A stretch of DNA of 64,000 nt from NCBI GenBank assembly GCA_964106915.2, contig OZ066916.1; one strand, written 5' to 3'. Shown one piece after another: positions 51,190-64,000 of this stretch (positions within the stretch are counted from its first letter, which is position 1; each line of letters starts with the position of its first letter). The notes under the pieces are model-generated. The model was given only the letters and a program-made list of their open reading frames with translations, made no database searches and was not told the DNA's origin. A program made the position numbers and the translations under genes. Source of the stretch: Podarcis gaigeae (Eukaryota).

Positions 51190-51641
51190 TGTTTTATTTA
51201 ATATTTTTATTTAGTTTTCACATTCAAACAGACACATTCTCACCCACATTAGAAAAAAATCCAAAGCAAAAAACACACACACACAAAACAGAGATGCAAA
51301 CATTAACAATAATAATTACTATACCTATGTGACTTCCCTCTGCCAGTGAACGTCATTTCTTGATTCCTTTATATTCTTGTTTACATTGCAGCTTATATCT
51401 CACATCCCTAATATTGTTATTTTACCAGAACTTTATATTATGAATCAACTTTACAAACTTAATCTAAACATATCAGCATGTTATCTTTAGAACAGTGTTT
51501 ACTAATGTAATCATCAAACCATTTCCATTGTGCCCTTAATTTCTGGTTTGTTTGATAATTTCACGAAATCTATAAATTCAGATAATTTGTGTAGCCAATC
51601 CTCTTTTGTGGGTATGTAATCTCCTTTCCAATTCTTTGCAG
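51190..51641 (-). mobile_element. L1 LINE 3' end remnant
   Basis: Minus strand AKNWKGDYIPTKEDWLHKLSEFIDFVKL...QWKWFDDYI resembles squamate L1 ORF2 C-termini; followed by a T-rich UTR and an A-rich tail. Confidence 0.7.
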
Positions 51642-53456
51642 ATTCTCTTATTTGTGTAAATCAAACCATGTATTGAGCATCAAGCAATAACTATAAAGCT
51701 GTCCAACCTACAATCAGAGGCATTTCTAGACCATATATAAGAGTGAGCTCTTTAAAAAAAAAGTATTATACAAATACTTAGTTATTCTTGAGCAGCAGCC
51801 TGGATCTAGAAATTAAATTTTGCTCAACTCAACTAGGTTGTGATCAAACATGTCTAGATGCAACTTCTCCGGTGCCATCCTATGTTGTGATTATTGGTAA
51901 TCTGAGGTTTTTTGTAAATTAATAATAATAAGAGAGGAAAAAGAGAGGAGCATGACATGATTGTGCCCAGTATAAAAATCTCTTCAGATGAATGCTGTCT
52001 AAGAAAGTCGGGCATAAAGAGATCATTGATACGTGCCTGAGTAAGCTAAAGGTTACTGAAATGACAGTATGGTACTTGTTTTAGCTGTATCTCATAGGTC
52101 AAACATTCTTTTCCTGGGAAAAAAAAATCTAACATTTCTACTGGCTCTGCTCTGTTCAAGACAAATTCCTAAGTCCGAGCTTGTTAGCTCAAAAGTCCTG
52201 TATTTTTAATATTCAGAAAAGCTGCATGTTCCTGGCAATCGTAGATTCCTGTGTTTTTAAAATGAAAATATGTTTCACTTCAGCAATATGGGGACCAGTC
52301 ACAAGTTGTTTATCTTTATTGGAAAGTATTCAAAATATTTTCTGAAATAATACATCTTCCAATGGTATGTAGTCTCCATGTGATAGGAATACATTACACT
52401 GTCCTTAAAGAAACAACCACATATTAGGTGTAGAAACCACCCAAGAGGGAGCAGAGGTATGGCAGAGAATGACAAATCAGCATTTCAGAAAGATTTGAGA
52501 TTCAGCTGGAGCTTTTTGATGTATGCACTCTTCAGTGTTTGCTCACTCTTGGGTTATGAGGCTGGACGCTGAAAACAGTTGGCCAGGTTCCATTAATGTA
52601 CACGTGTCTCTGTGTCCCATTTAACTAAGGCAGGGGTGGGGAAAACAGGTTTCCCCATTTGGCCTTGTATTCTTCTGACTCCATCCTTTCCCAAGCCATG
52701 CCCTCTAGTCCCCAGGCTACATCCCTCAACAGCCCTGATCTCAGCGTTAGCCTGCTCATTCATCATGGTATAACCCTTGCGCTATTCTGCCACTTCAGAT
52801 TGCAGATGAGGAATCATATTTTTCATGCTTCCTTATGTAAAAACCCATCAGAGAGAAGAATGGTTCTTGGTTAGCTCTCTCTCAAATATGTTAATTTTCC
52901 TAGTGCCAGGGATATTTTTGTTAATTAGTACTTTGCATGAGGTGCTCTGCCTGCAATTTGAGGTGGTAAAACAATGCCAGAAGGATTCTACAGCGTTATT
53001 TGGTTAACATGTCTTTCAGTACTAAGTAGTTGAAAGGAATCCAAAACTGAAGTATCTGCGTTATCTCACCTGTTGAACTCCTCCTTACACCTAGATGGTG
53101 ACATTACAGGAAAACCTAGATACACAAGGGAATAGGAGAAATGATGCTCTGAATAGGACATCTGTAATGAGAAAATGAGAACGGGTTAGACAATTGTTTT
53201 GAAAACCACACCAGAGATTGGAAGCATTCAACCCAATTTTGTTTGAAATCTGCATTTCTGTAGATCTATCATAAGAGGAAGAATGGCTGCACCAATTTAT
53301 AGTATAATAATGAAAATTTCTTAAAATACAGTTCTTACTGCTGCTTAATGATCTTCAGATTGGATTGTTGGAGAGTCTGTGTTAAAGTGTTGGATTAGGA
53401 CTGGCAAGAGAGACAAATTGCCATTCAGTCATCAAGTCCACTTATTCCAGTAAAAA

Positions 53457-53457
<1 letters not shown>

Positions 53458-53512
<55 letters not shown>

Positions 53513-53610
53513 TTTGTACCCCACCCATCTGACCGGGTTGCTGCAGCCACTCTGGGTGGCTTCCAACATATATAAAAACATGATAAAACTTGAAACCTTA
53601 AAAAGTCCCA
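53458..53610 (-). mobile_element. L2 3' terminus with (TTA)n tail, inserted into a MIR-like SINE (~53370-53710)
   Basis: (AAT)n followed by accccacccatctg...gccactctgggtggcttcc, the reverse complement of 44840-44930; MIR core agggttgttgtggggata follows. Confidence 0.8.
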
Positions 53611-56339
53611 GTCTAACCCACTGGTAGGGTTGTTGTGGGGATACAATGCAGAGAAGGAAACCCATGTATGCCACCTGAGTTCCTTGAAGGAAACATAATA
53701 AATGTATAAACTATATAAATGCATCTAACCAAACCTGAGCATGTTAGAGTCCCATTGATTTTGAATTAAAAAATACTGAAATCAGTGGGACTTGGAACAG
53801 CTTTAACCTGAAGATGGAGGTTGCTCTAGAAATATATGTGAGAGCATTCTTCTTGAACCACAAGCCAAGTCAGTTATTATTATCTGGGCCTCCACTGTGG
53901 CATTCACAGCATCAGGTGAAGACCTTTTTGTTCATCTAGGGCATGTCACTGATTTTGTACAATTTTACTGAAGCTTCTATATCCAGACCTTTCATACTCT
54001 GGGAATATATTTGTCCCCAAGTCTTCTTATATATACATGGGTTGATACAACTCATGAAGATAAGAGCCCAATGAGACTAAAAAGCAGGGCAAGAACAGAA
54101 TTAACAAGGTATAAGGTGGAATTTCAACAGCTGGCAGAGAAAGCATTTATAAGGTGTAGTATAGGGATGGGACACCCGTGGCCCAACAATTCCCATTAGT
54201 CCTAGTCAACATGGCAAATGGTTGAGGCTGATGTAATCAAGCAACATCGTGTGTGTGTGTACAGAGATGCCTCATCCTTAGTGCACAGTTAGTGATTAAG
54301 AACATGATCCGGGCAATTGAAAAAACCCATTCAATCTCAGCCTTTTATTTCAATGGGCAGTGTTAAACTACTCTTTTTTCAGCTTCACCTCACCTGGTCT
54401 TACATCTATCACAAGATGACACACATTGTTAAAACAATATTCTCGTAGAAAAATTAATCACAGCTTGAGTGGTTTTGGGGAGGATTTATCAGTATCTTTT
54501 TCACCAGAATATTATCCTCGTCATTCCCTGGTTAATACTAAATAACACAGTCCTCGCTTGCATTGATTTATTGACTCATAATGTCTTAAAGTACTGCACA
54601 AGCCTTACAGACATATTTGCCCTGGAAGCATGTCAAATGACACCTCCAAGCACTTTTTAAAAAAATGGTACGCAGAGATGGAGGTTGTTTGCAGGGAAAT
54701 GGTGTTTGGTTTGGGATCGCCTGCCTGAAGCAATAGGTTTATATCCTAACACAGCTAGGAGCTAATGTAGATGTGCTTTATCAGATTAACCAACTCATAT
54801 CACAGTCTCTGATCACTACATGAAAATGTGAATTATAATGGCAAGCCTCATGTGGTTATTGGGTTACTTGCTGTGCAAACCTATACATGCTTACAGGGAA
54901 GTATGGTCCATTAAAAATAGCAGGAGTCTATGGTGTTTGTATCTCCAGGGTTGTATCACAAGTATTCTAAAATACTTGCTCTTATAAACAACAACTACTT
55001 AACTAATTCTCTTTTCTTAACTAAAACCCGTGCAAGTAGCTGTGCAAAAGAACTCAAACAAGGCAGCAGCAAATCATATAAACATCTAACTTCACACACA
55101 CACCCCAACTCCCTTTTTCGCTGCAGCCTTCTGATCATTTTGGGCCTTCTACTACAGTAATTACAAGTTAGTCATTAGTCATGCATATCCTTAGTGCCCT
55201 AAGGTCAGAATAATGATGAATGAACATGCTTTCCTCACAAACTCCAGTTGTCTGAGCGCAGTACTTTGATTCCCCAGCTGGAGGAAATCGTTGTCTGCCT
55301 GCCCCAGTAATAAAAAGAAAAATGCTGGTTTTTTAGAGCTGAGGTTTTTCCATAAAATGGTCTGATTAATGCTCTTGTCACTTTTGCTGCTGATAGAAGT
55401 AACTGGTGATTCAATTTCACAGTGATCCTGAAGCCAGTTTAATTATTATTAAGCAGGAAGCTTTTTGCTTATCTCAGCTGTATGGCATCGTTATACTAAC
55501 AGTGGAATCCTGTACCTGTTTACTTTTTCAATAAGGGATGCAGCTTCAGGCTGTGATCTATATACAATTCCCTGGAAGCAATCCCCACTGAATTCTATGG
55601 GACTTAAATATATGTATCAAATTGCACTGTAAGTCACATAATAGGTAGGCAGCTTTTGGGTGGTGGGGTTTCAGTGCACGCCTCTCTACTCAGAAGTAAG
55701 CCAAACATTGTTCAAAGGGACTTAATCCCAGGGAAATGGAATTGCAGGACATTTATTGTTACTATACTTGAATTAACTCACTTTATATAGCTTTTAAAAG
55801 TCCTTTTAAAAGATTATTCCAAAATCTTAACTTGTGGGACAAGTTAATAATAACCAGTGACAAATAATTGTTAGGGTCCAACCTAATTAAATGGAACCCA
55901 TTAGGCATTTATGATTGAGACACATTTTTTGTATATATAATTTACTATGATTCCCCTCCCCCTTTGGACCTGAACAGTAACAAGAAACCTAAGGGAGGAA
56001 ATAACTACACTTCATTTTAATACATTCAGGGAAGATCTTAAAGAACAGTGAGTAAAAGCTAGGTGTTGCCACCCATGGTTATAAATTAAACAGGACAGTG
56101 ACGTTTCCAGAAGATTACAAAAACAGATTCCTTTTCCCCTTGTTGTGACTGGGTGCATTAACTGTAATCTAACACAACTTGCAAGACATCCTAGCACAAC
56201 GTAATGAATGGAGATTAATATTGCTGAAGAGGATAGCCATATTCTTTTTGGCGGCTTCGAAAAGCAGTAGAGCATTTATTTTATTTTATTTTTTGCTCTA
56301 GCACTGTTGAAAGAGAAGCCACAACTTTCAAAGAAATAT

Positions 56340-56660
56340 GTTCATGTGTGATTTTTTTTTTTAAGCATTCATGAAAATTCATCAACATTCTTACAAATTT
56401 CTCCTGATATGTGCATTTTTGCAAATCAATTTCCCCTAATATGATGCATTCTTGTAAGTTATTTTCACTAATATATGCATCTATATTGCACTTTACCCTT
56501 GCATATGCCTTTTTGTACACATCTCTTGGCTGGAGAAATTCAGAGAAGTGAGAGTTTTGAAGGATGACTGTGTTTTGTTGACGTATTGTTTCAGAAGGTG
56601 CAAATTCAGTAAGTTTGTCTTTATATGAAAACTGAACTGGATTTCTCCCTCCTACCTGGT
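56340..56660. mobile_element. Squamate non-autonomous DNA-transposon-like repeat
   Basis: Internal ~37-nt degenerate repeats (tttctcctgatatgtgcattttt / tttcccctaatatgatgcatt / ttttcactaatatatgcat); family not determined. Confidence 0.5.
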
Positions 56661-57258
56661 GTGTGTGTGGGGGGGGTGTCACATAAATGAAATATTTGCA
56701 CAATGGCAGAGCATAGAAGCAGGAAAAGTGAGTTATATTGCTGATATTTCCACTTCAGAAAAGAAGGACAATCACAGCACTACTCTTTAGTCGTATCTCA
56801 TTACAATGATACCTTAGATGCCCATTATCTGTCAGAGCCCCATCATATATAGTATTATCATTGCAGTACCTGTGCTATTAGAGTGTGGGTGGGCTCCCTT
56901 CATAACATGTATACTACTGCAATGCACACAAAGCTATTACCAGAATTACCAGGAGAGACAAGAGGAAACTATGTGACAGCTCCTACCCAGGCCTCTATGG
57001 CCCCACGTAAGCCTGATATTGGTGTGGGAGCACTGGCCAGAGCTTCCCATTTGACCTTTGTGCACACAAAGACATTGTGAGAAGAGACCCAAAGGTGTAT
57101 CTTGCAGGATTTGAGATTTACTTAGTATTGGGTAATAATTCCTTAACATATATATATAATGCATGTTTATGTAAGTTCATAAAAGAAGCATGCTCATTCA
57201 ACATTAGCATATGTGTGACTAATGCACCTATAATATGTCTTTAATTATGTGTAATACA

Positions 57259-57345
57259 GCAGATGAAATCTACTCTAGTCCACAGATATTTAATGGCATA
57301 ATAAATTTGTTAGTCTTTAAGGTGTGAGAGGACTCTTTGTTATCC
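57259..57345 (+). mobile_element. Old Penelope pLTR-end remnant with a decayed hammerhead
   Basis: cagatgaaatctactctagtccacagata...aataaatttgttagtctttaaggtg, homologous to 34506-34570; catalytic core mutated. Confidence 0.6.
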
Positions 57346-58423
57346 TAATGCCTAATCTGTGCCTGTGAAATAACAGTTATGCTTCTGAAGTTCTGGGAGT
57401 CTCACAGTGCAGACTTTTGAGAAAGGAGTTCCTATCGTTCTGTGTTTTAGAACGCTAGGAACTCCTTTATGCCCTCATGTGCACATGAGAAACAAGAACC
57501 AAACAAAATTTAACAACTTGCATGTTCCAGGCAATTAAAACATTTCACGTAGTAATTGCTTCACATGAACACCTGCTCAAAAGTGCTTTTTAGAGACATG
57601 CATTGCAGATGCTGCTGGCTTTAATTGCAGCTATTAATGGAATTTTGAGTGGCTGGAGAAACTGTATTCAAAGACAAGTCTTCAAGTGCAACTTCATTAT
57701 GTATAATACTGCAGGCTATAAATGTTTATTAGAACTATATTTGGAATGATACCCTATAACTAGCCTGCATATGCTTATCTTAGCCTAGATAGGTAGCTTA
57801 CTATTTGCCCCTTCTTTAATATTGGATGCCAGGTGAAATATCTGTTTGACTGATGAAACTTGGTTGTTACTAACCACTTACAGTTTCTTGGTGCTGGTTT
57901 CACACATGCTCAGAAAATAAGAAAAACTACCCTGTATGTTTAAGTTTCAACTAAGCCATGTCTTATGGTTAATCAGGATTGAACAAAATACTAACTCCTG
58001 CCTTAGTCCTTCTTTGGCACAAGCCATGAAGCCTTGACTTGTTATGTCCAATCCAGGACTGTGGTTTTTCCTTTCTCTAACAGACCACCATTGCTAGCCA
58101 TTGTGAAGCCATGATTTGCTGTTGGCTTGTTGATCATAGTTGGGGGTTTATTTAGTGAGAAACAAACCACAGGCTCAGTTTGGCCTTCATGGCTTGCTGC
58201 TCCTGCTGGCACCAAGGGAGAAAAGATCAGGGGGAATGGTCAGGCAGCTTGTACTAATATGCACCTTCACCTTAAAAAGACATTAACCACGATTTATTGA
58301 TAGATGAAAACTGACACTGTACCACACCATAATGAGAAGCACCAGAAATATTGATGGCAGCATGAAAGAAAAAAACATTCATCTGGGTAAATAAGGGGAG
58401 GGGGAGGAATAAGGACTGCTTAC

Positions 58424-58677
58424 CTTCTGAGCAGGAAGCAGTGGTTGTGGGCCATGGCAGTGCTGGGGGCAGTCTGCCAGCTTCTGCATGACTGGGAGAG
58501 GGTGCCATTTCCTCCTCTAATGACTGCACAGGCTTCTGGGGCTTGCCTGCGGATCTGGCCAATTGCATGTGAGCTGGGGGGCCTGGCTTGGGAGCGGACG
58601 AGAGGGAAAACTTTTTCGTTTTTCCCTATTCCCAGATGTATCATTGCAAGGCTTACAATGAAATGATACTAGTGAGG
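58424..58677 (-). other. Candidate minus-strand exon
   Basis: Strong donor GAAG|gtaagc; GC-richer unique sequence; gccATGG start giving MAHNHCFLLR; upstream boundary uncertain. Confidence 0.25.
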
Positions 58678-58686
58678 CTACAGCAA

Positions 58687-58710
58687 GTGTGTGTGTGTGT
58701 GTGTGTGTGT

Positions 58711-58754
<44 letters not shown>
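58687..58754. repeat. Compound (GT)n(GA)n microsatellite
   Basis: Direct dinucleotide runs. Confidence 0.97.
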
Positions 58755-58757
<3 letters not shown>

Positions 58758-59332
58758 GGAAAATGGTACAGGATAAACACTGCAGCGCTGCTGCTCCAGC
58801 CCAAACCCTCCCTCACCCCAGTGACTGCTTTTAAATGAAAATAAATATATTAAGGCACCCAGTTGTGCGTCTCCTGCATAGTGTGTAGCTTTAAAACACA
58901 CACCCTTTTCCTATCACATTATTCCATGTTCTAGCCCCGATCCAGATATCCTTACAAACTCAGTTGGACACATTGATTTGGGCCAACAAATACATAAAGT
59001 GCTTTAACCCTACTTATGCAAGGTTGTCTTGAGCTGCAGTTTCTAATCTAATGAGAACGCCATTCTTTCGGTGCACCAAGGCCATGAGAAAGAGCTGCAC
59101 ATTAACATGCAAGTAGCCACCACAGTATCATTGTTAACTTCCCTGAGACATTGGGATAAAAATGATGAACACAAATGTTGGGCTTTGCAAAGTAAAACAA
59201 TTGCATCCTGTCTACTATGAAAGAGCTTTGGAATCTGTTAATTTCTTTCTGGGGTGAAGATGTCAATAGTGTCGTTTCATCCTAAACCTTTTAACAAACA
59301 CAGAACTGTTCTCAGAAAATGAGCAAACATAC

Positions 59333-59458
59333 CTTCTGAATATTGCCCGAGTGTGTGTGTGTGTGTATGTACACATTGCATGGTTTCACAGGCCAAGCTT
59401 TAGAATATCCTGCTGCTTCTGTGAAACACCTCCCTAATTTCACATCCAGCAGAGTATG
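59333..59458 (-). other. Candidate minus-strand exon (126 nt, probably non-coding)
   Basis: Acceptor gttcttttctcttcag| and donor AAG|gtatgt; contains a (CA)n tract. Confidence 0.3.
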
Positions 59459-62264
59459 CTGAAGAGAAAAGAACATATAAATCTTGTTTTGTAATTGGAC
59501 CTGTGTGAGGCCTGCCTTTGTGAGTGAGTGAGAAGCATTGGTAGCCCTGTTTGCTTCATGCAGGGAAAGAAGAGGAGAGAGAGGGAGAGCTAGTTTTCCT
59601 AAATTGCCTTGCAAATCACTTTTGTAAGGGGATGTAGATATTGGAGAAGAAAAGAACAAAAAGGGCAAAAAGTCGAAAACCATGGGAAACCAAGTGAGAT
59701 TCCTTTCTGCATTTGAATTTCATAACAGGGGACCTATTAAAATGGTCAGACCCCTGGAGGCTAATGGATTCTGATGTATTCTGGAGAACTCCAGAGAATT
59801 TTCCCGCTGGTGTGGCTGGTCGCTCTGTATAATGTGGAGATGACTTGGGCAGTTGACATTATTGTTCCCAACCACATTTCCCCTCTGAGCAGAGCCTAGG
59901 CAGCTCCTTGGTATACACCTGAGTTGGTGGCGAAGAAACAGGAGGGGTGATGGCTAGAACACAGAGGAAGACTCGTGCTGAGTCTGAACAGGTTGGAATT
60001 AATCTCCAGGTCTACAGTATCCTGTGGTGATGATAGTGGCAAAGAAAATTATTTCTCTGTATTGTTTCCCAAGTGGTTTGCGGCCTGTTGAAATCTGTGC
60101 CAGTGAGAGATATGATGGAAAACTCAGGGCTCACCCACACTTCCAGTCACATGTCCAAGAGGTTTTTCTTTTGCCTACCACTTTCTCTGGGAAAACCTCC
60201 AGGTTACTGCTAAATCAGAACAAATGTTTTCTCTGTGTTAATATCTCTCCCATTCAGCAGTAAACAGTGAATAGGAGAACCCCAGACCATGCGCTTGAAA
60301 TTTCAGAGAGGCTTGCCTGGTACCGGCTGAAGAACCTTTCATTTTAATAGGCTTAGAAAAATGCTTTAGTGCTTTTTAAAACTTGGCCACCATTGTTCTC
60401 TCTGTACCTGGTTTTGTTCTGCTTTTATTCTGATGCTGTTTTAACTTTTTTTCAAAATGTGTTCCTGTGACATTTTTATATGTTATAGTTGTCTGTACAA
60501 TGCCCTGAAAACTTATTATTAATGTGTGGTGTAAAAAATTAATCTGTACCTAGGAAAGTAAATAATACATGTTGACTAGGAATGAAGAACCACTTCTTTT
60601 TATTAGCATCTTGTAAAATGTGTAACGGCCCCACCAGAACAAAAGGTTTGCTTTTCTCTTTAGATACCTGTTGTTGTCCTTGCTGAGAGAGGTGGTTTTT
60701 AATAAGCGCTACCCGCACTGAACACCATCCCAATATGCATATTTCATTTAAAAATATGCATTGGCATGTTTTGTTTACATCAATTGGGTTTATAATTCTA
60801 ATGGAATTTGTAGGGTAGAAACAGCAAGCTGTTTTTCTTTTACTAATAAAACAGTGGGAAGCTTTTTGAAGCAAAGCCCCTTTTGTGGAAATGGATCGGA
60901 AGAATTGTTATGTGAACTGTGTGTAGCTTTATCTAGGTTACACTGATTGTCTTGTGTACCTAGGAAACCTGAACAATCTAATGTAATTTTGAGCTTATTT
61001 TAGAAGTAAGTGATATTAGAACAAACTCTACAGCTGTGCATGCATTGCATTTTAATTGCTGGAGCTCCTGTTAGAGACCAGTGGTGGCATATAGGGTAAT
61101 GCCAGCCACTTTAGGGATGATGCTCATCTGTAGACCAAACTGATTACTTGAAATGCATCTGCTGCAGTGCTTTTCATAGAAGGTGGGCCGCTTGAAAAGG
61201 AGCTGTTGGCAGGAAGAGCTGGCAAACCAGCCCCCTTGTGAAGGTTCGTCCAGGTTAATTAGACCAATTTTCAGCCCTTTCTGTCAACATTTCAGTTCCA
61301 GGATAAATGAGGGTCAGCCACGGGGCTTCAATAAAACAAGGCCTCGTCAAGGTTCCTCCCCCCCAAAAAAAAATTGATATTCAGTGGTAGAGTTCAGCTT
61401 GTGCCATGTGAAATGTTAAAAACTGTCTTTAAATGTTCTCACCACAAAGCACACATAAAGCAGTCTTATACTGAGTCAGACCATTAATCTGTCTAGCTCC
61501 AGGCATTTACTCTGCAGAAACCCAGAACAAATATAGGTCTTAGCCCCACTAGACTAGATGCTTGTAAGGAATGTGTTCTATCCAGCAACATGGGGCAGAA
61601 GATTTCACAGTGCTTTTATTTTGCTGTGGATTCCCCCCCCCCCCCATTTCATAAGTTTATTACTATCAATGAACGGATGGATGGAAGCCAACTGCAAATA
61701 AACATTACGCAGCTTCAAAGTTTGTAGCTTTGTTTACTCAGTCCAAGTAAAATAAACATGCTAAATTAGGTCACTTTCTAGGGAATCAGAACTTTTTCTC
61801 ATGCAAAAATCACCTTAATTTCTTATGCAATTCAGCACTTGCCAGAAAAAACACATCATTGATTCTATCACTGGGTTTTTGTAATGGGCCAATGGCCGTA
61901 ATAAAGATCAATCCAATCACTGGGCTTTGGTCCTGCCCCCCCCCCAAAGTAACTTCAGTCACAACCATAGAGTTGGGACTACATGGTAAGATTTTAAGAT
62001 AACCAAAATGGTAGTCCTTGCACTTACTGTTTAAAAATTAAAACTATCTCAACAACCATATAGGGCATTTTGCGTTCTTAATACTGTTCCCTTCCTTTTC
62101 TTTTGTTCCAAATCAAGAGTGAATATTGGAAGCTGTGCCCTTGTCTTTGAGTTATTTTTGCAAGCCATACCCTCAGCTTTCAGGGTGTTTTGTTTTGTTC
62201 TGTTTTACTTGGGGTGACTTACTGTTGCCATCTGAAACCTCATGGTCTACTTAATGTCTTAATA

Positions 62265-62505
62265 CAATCAAAGCTTAGATCCCGAACGCCTCTGTTTTGG
62301 AACATTTTGGCTCCGGAATGCCAAAAACCCGGAAGTAAATACTCTGGTTTTTGAACGTTTTTCGGAAGTTGAACATCTGACGTGGCTTCCGCTTGAGTGC
62401 AGGAAAATCCTGCAACCAATCAGAAGCCGCTCCTTGGTTGTTGATCATTTTGGAAGCCGAACGGGCTTCCGGAATGGATTACATTCAACAACCGAGGTTT
62501 GACTG
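62265..62505. mobile_element. Tigger-like MITE family C
   Basis: TA|caatcaaagcttag ... caaccgaggtttgactg|TA; internal ccggaagt repeats. Confidence 0.75.
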
Positions 62506-63535
62506 TATAGAGAATGGAAACCTATGACAGCCTGAAATCTTGTGGTCTAGCAGTTAGGTAAAGTTGGACACTCAGAAAATGGCCATAATATTACGAGCTC
62601 TCCTCTTCCATCACTCTCTGGTATTAAGTCTCACTGGAGCTGGAATGCTGCAGCACTGTGAATGCGAAGAACTGGGTTAAATGATACAGTATGTGCTACA
62701 GAAGATGCATTCATACATCTCCTGGTGTTGATTTTTCTTTTGCTAAAAGGAAGAGGGTAATTTGGATATTTATAGTTCCCTCCACAAATAACATCAACTT
62801 CAGCGGGGCAGTATGAATTTGGATCAGGGCCATGTCATGGGGTGGGGGTCAGACTTCTTCCCCAGTACTATGTCCCTGATCTCAATCGCCAACTATGCAG
62901 CTGCTTTTGAAAAAAAGAAGACGTAATGAAATGTATGCATGCAATTTCTGCATCCCGTTTAGTTTGGCTATGAGATAAACACAAGGTGAAAGTGGCCTTG
63001 AGCTGGAGTGTGTACACTCTGCCTGTGCTGAAACTTGAGCATTGAGACACTGAGGAGGAGTACCACTAAGGCACTTGTATGCCGCTCCATTTCCAGTCTT
63101 CCACTTGAGCCTGCCAGATCTGCGTGTGGAGCACTACACATATGGCAAGAGACAAGTGAGGTGACTCTTAAGTGGTGAATGATTTTGCAGCTGTGATTCC
63201 TGCTCCCTACTTTTGCCACAACCAGTTTCAAGGAAGCTGCTGTAGAGTTAGGAGAGAGGAGGAATAGGAAGGATGAAAACAAGGAGAATAGACCTAAACT
63301 ACCTGCTCTCTCACCTGTAAGCAAATAATATGGTTTTGATAGCAGCCCATTTTTTAAATTATAGGGTTACCTATATTTGGGGAGGGAGCTAGTAATGGAA
63401 AGCACTTGTTGTAGACAGATAAAGCATTGTGCCTTTCATTCTAAAGGATTGTCCTAGAGATTTCCAGCCAGAGTCTCTGGGACTTGTCATTTCCTATGGC
63501 ACTTACCGTAGTTCCATACGTTCAGCTGAATGGCA

Positions 63536-63680
63536 CAGGGAACAGGTGGGGAACAGGTGGCCTTTCACTTGTTGCTGAACTACAGCTCCCATCACCCCTG
63601 GACATTGGCCATGCTTGCCATGGCTGATGGGAGTTGCAATTCATCAACATCTGGAGAGCTTCAGGTGCCACACCCAGGCA
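63536..63680. mobile_element. Degenerate palindromic hAT-type MITE
   Basis: ctacagctcccatca...tgatgggagttgcaattc...aacatctgga, related to 42173-42308. Confidence 0.65.
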
Positions 63681-64000
63681 TTGGAAATTGACACTCAGGA
63701 GCATCTAGACATTAAGGATGAGTCCTGTAAGTCCCCTCCTATCTCCAGCAAATCCTTCCCACCACTATTCTATTTGCAAAGGTAAGTTTACTGAGGATGG
63801 CTAACATGGAAAGCTGAAGGTGAGCCCTACACTTGGTTTCCCTGAGATTTCATGGGTAAACCACAGAAAGACCTGAGATTTAAAAAAATAATTTTCTGAG
63901 GAAGCTCAGAAAAACCAAATCAATTTGCCAAGTGAGCCAGGGGGAACTCAACCACCCCTAATAGTATGGTTCCTGCCTGTAAAAAAAAATTAAATATAGA

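Noticed and set aside
55210-55367. C/D box snoRNA (ATGATGA ... CTGA)
   Set aside because: Box spacings are about 40 or 150 nt, the terminal stem is minimal, and I see no recognisable rRNA/snRNA guide.
63305-63330. Minus-strand recursive site cttacag|gtgaga
   Set aside because: The polypyrimidine tract is weak.
63739-63787. 33-nt + strand micro-exon ending AAG|gtaagt
   Set aside because: Splice motifs only; the peptide is unrecognisable and chance occurrence is likely.

Overview
Vertebrate DNA, almost certainly from a lacertid lizard, based on Podarcis-type Sauria SINEs, squamate CR1/L2/L1/Penelope fragments and TA- or 8-bp-TSD MITEs. It is AT-rich and looks like the inside of a very large intron, or intergenic DNA. 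I could not recognise any host protein-coding exon. The only convincing protein-like ORFs are retroelement ORF2 remnants (CR1 5625-6398; L2 ~32345-33045 and 44611-44816; L1 ~51190-51641). Most features are transposon insertions, several with exact target-site duplications and some nested. Two things are not explained by simple repeat annotation. (1) Two closely spaced candidate + strand exons (9464-9603 and 9778-9833) are reverse complements of each other over ~52 ungapped nt. Splicing them together would make a long hairpin rich in A-C mismatches, with an upstream AUG paired against a strong-Kozak AUG at the end of the second exon. (2) An intact minimal type I hammerhead ribozyme motif lies inside a young palindromic Penelope-derived insertion (34501-34540). 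Repeat family names are assigned from recalled consensus features, not from a database search, and the host gene is unidentified.
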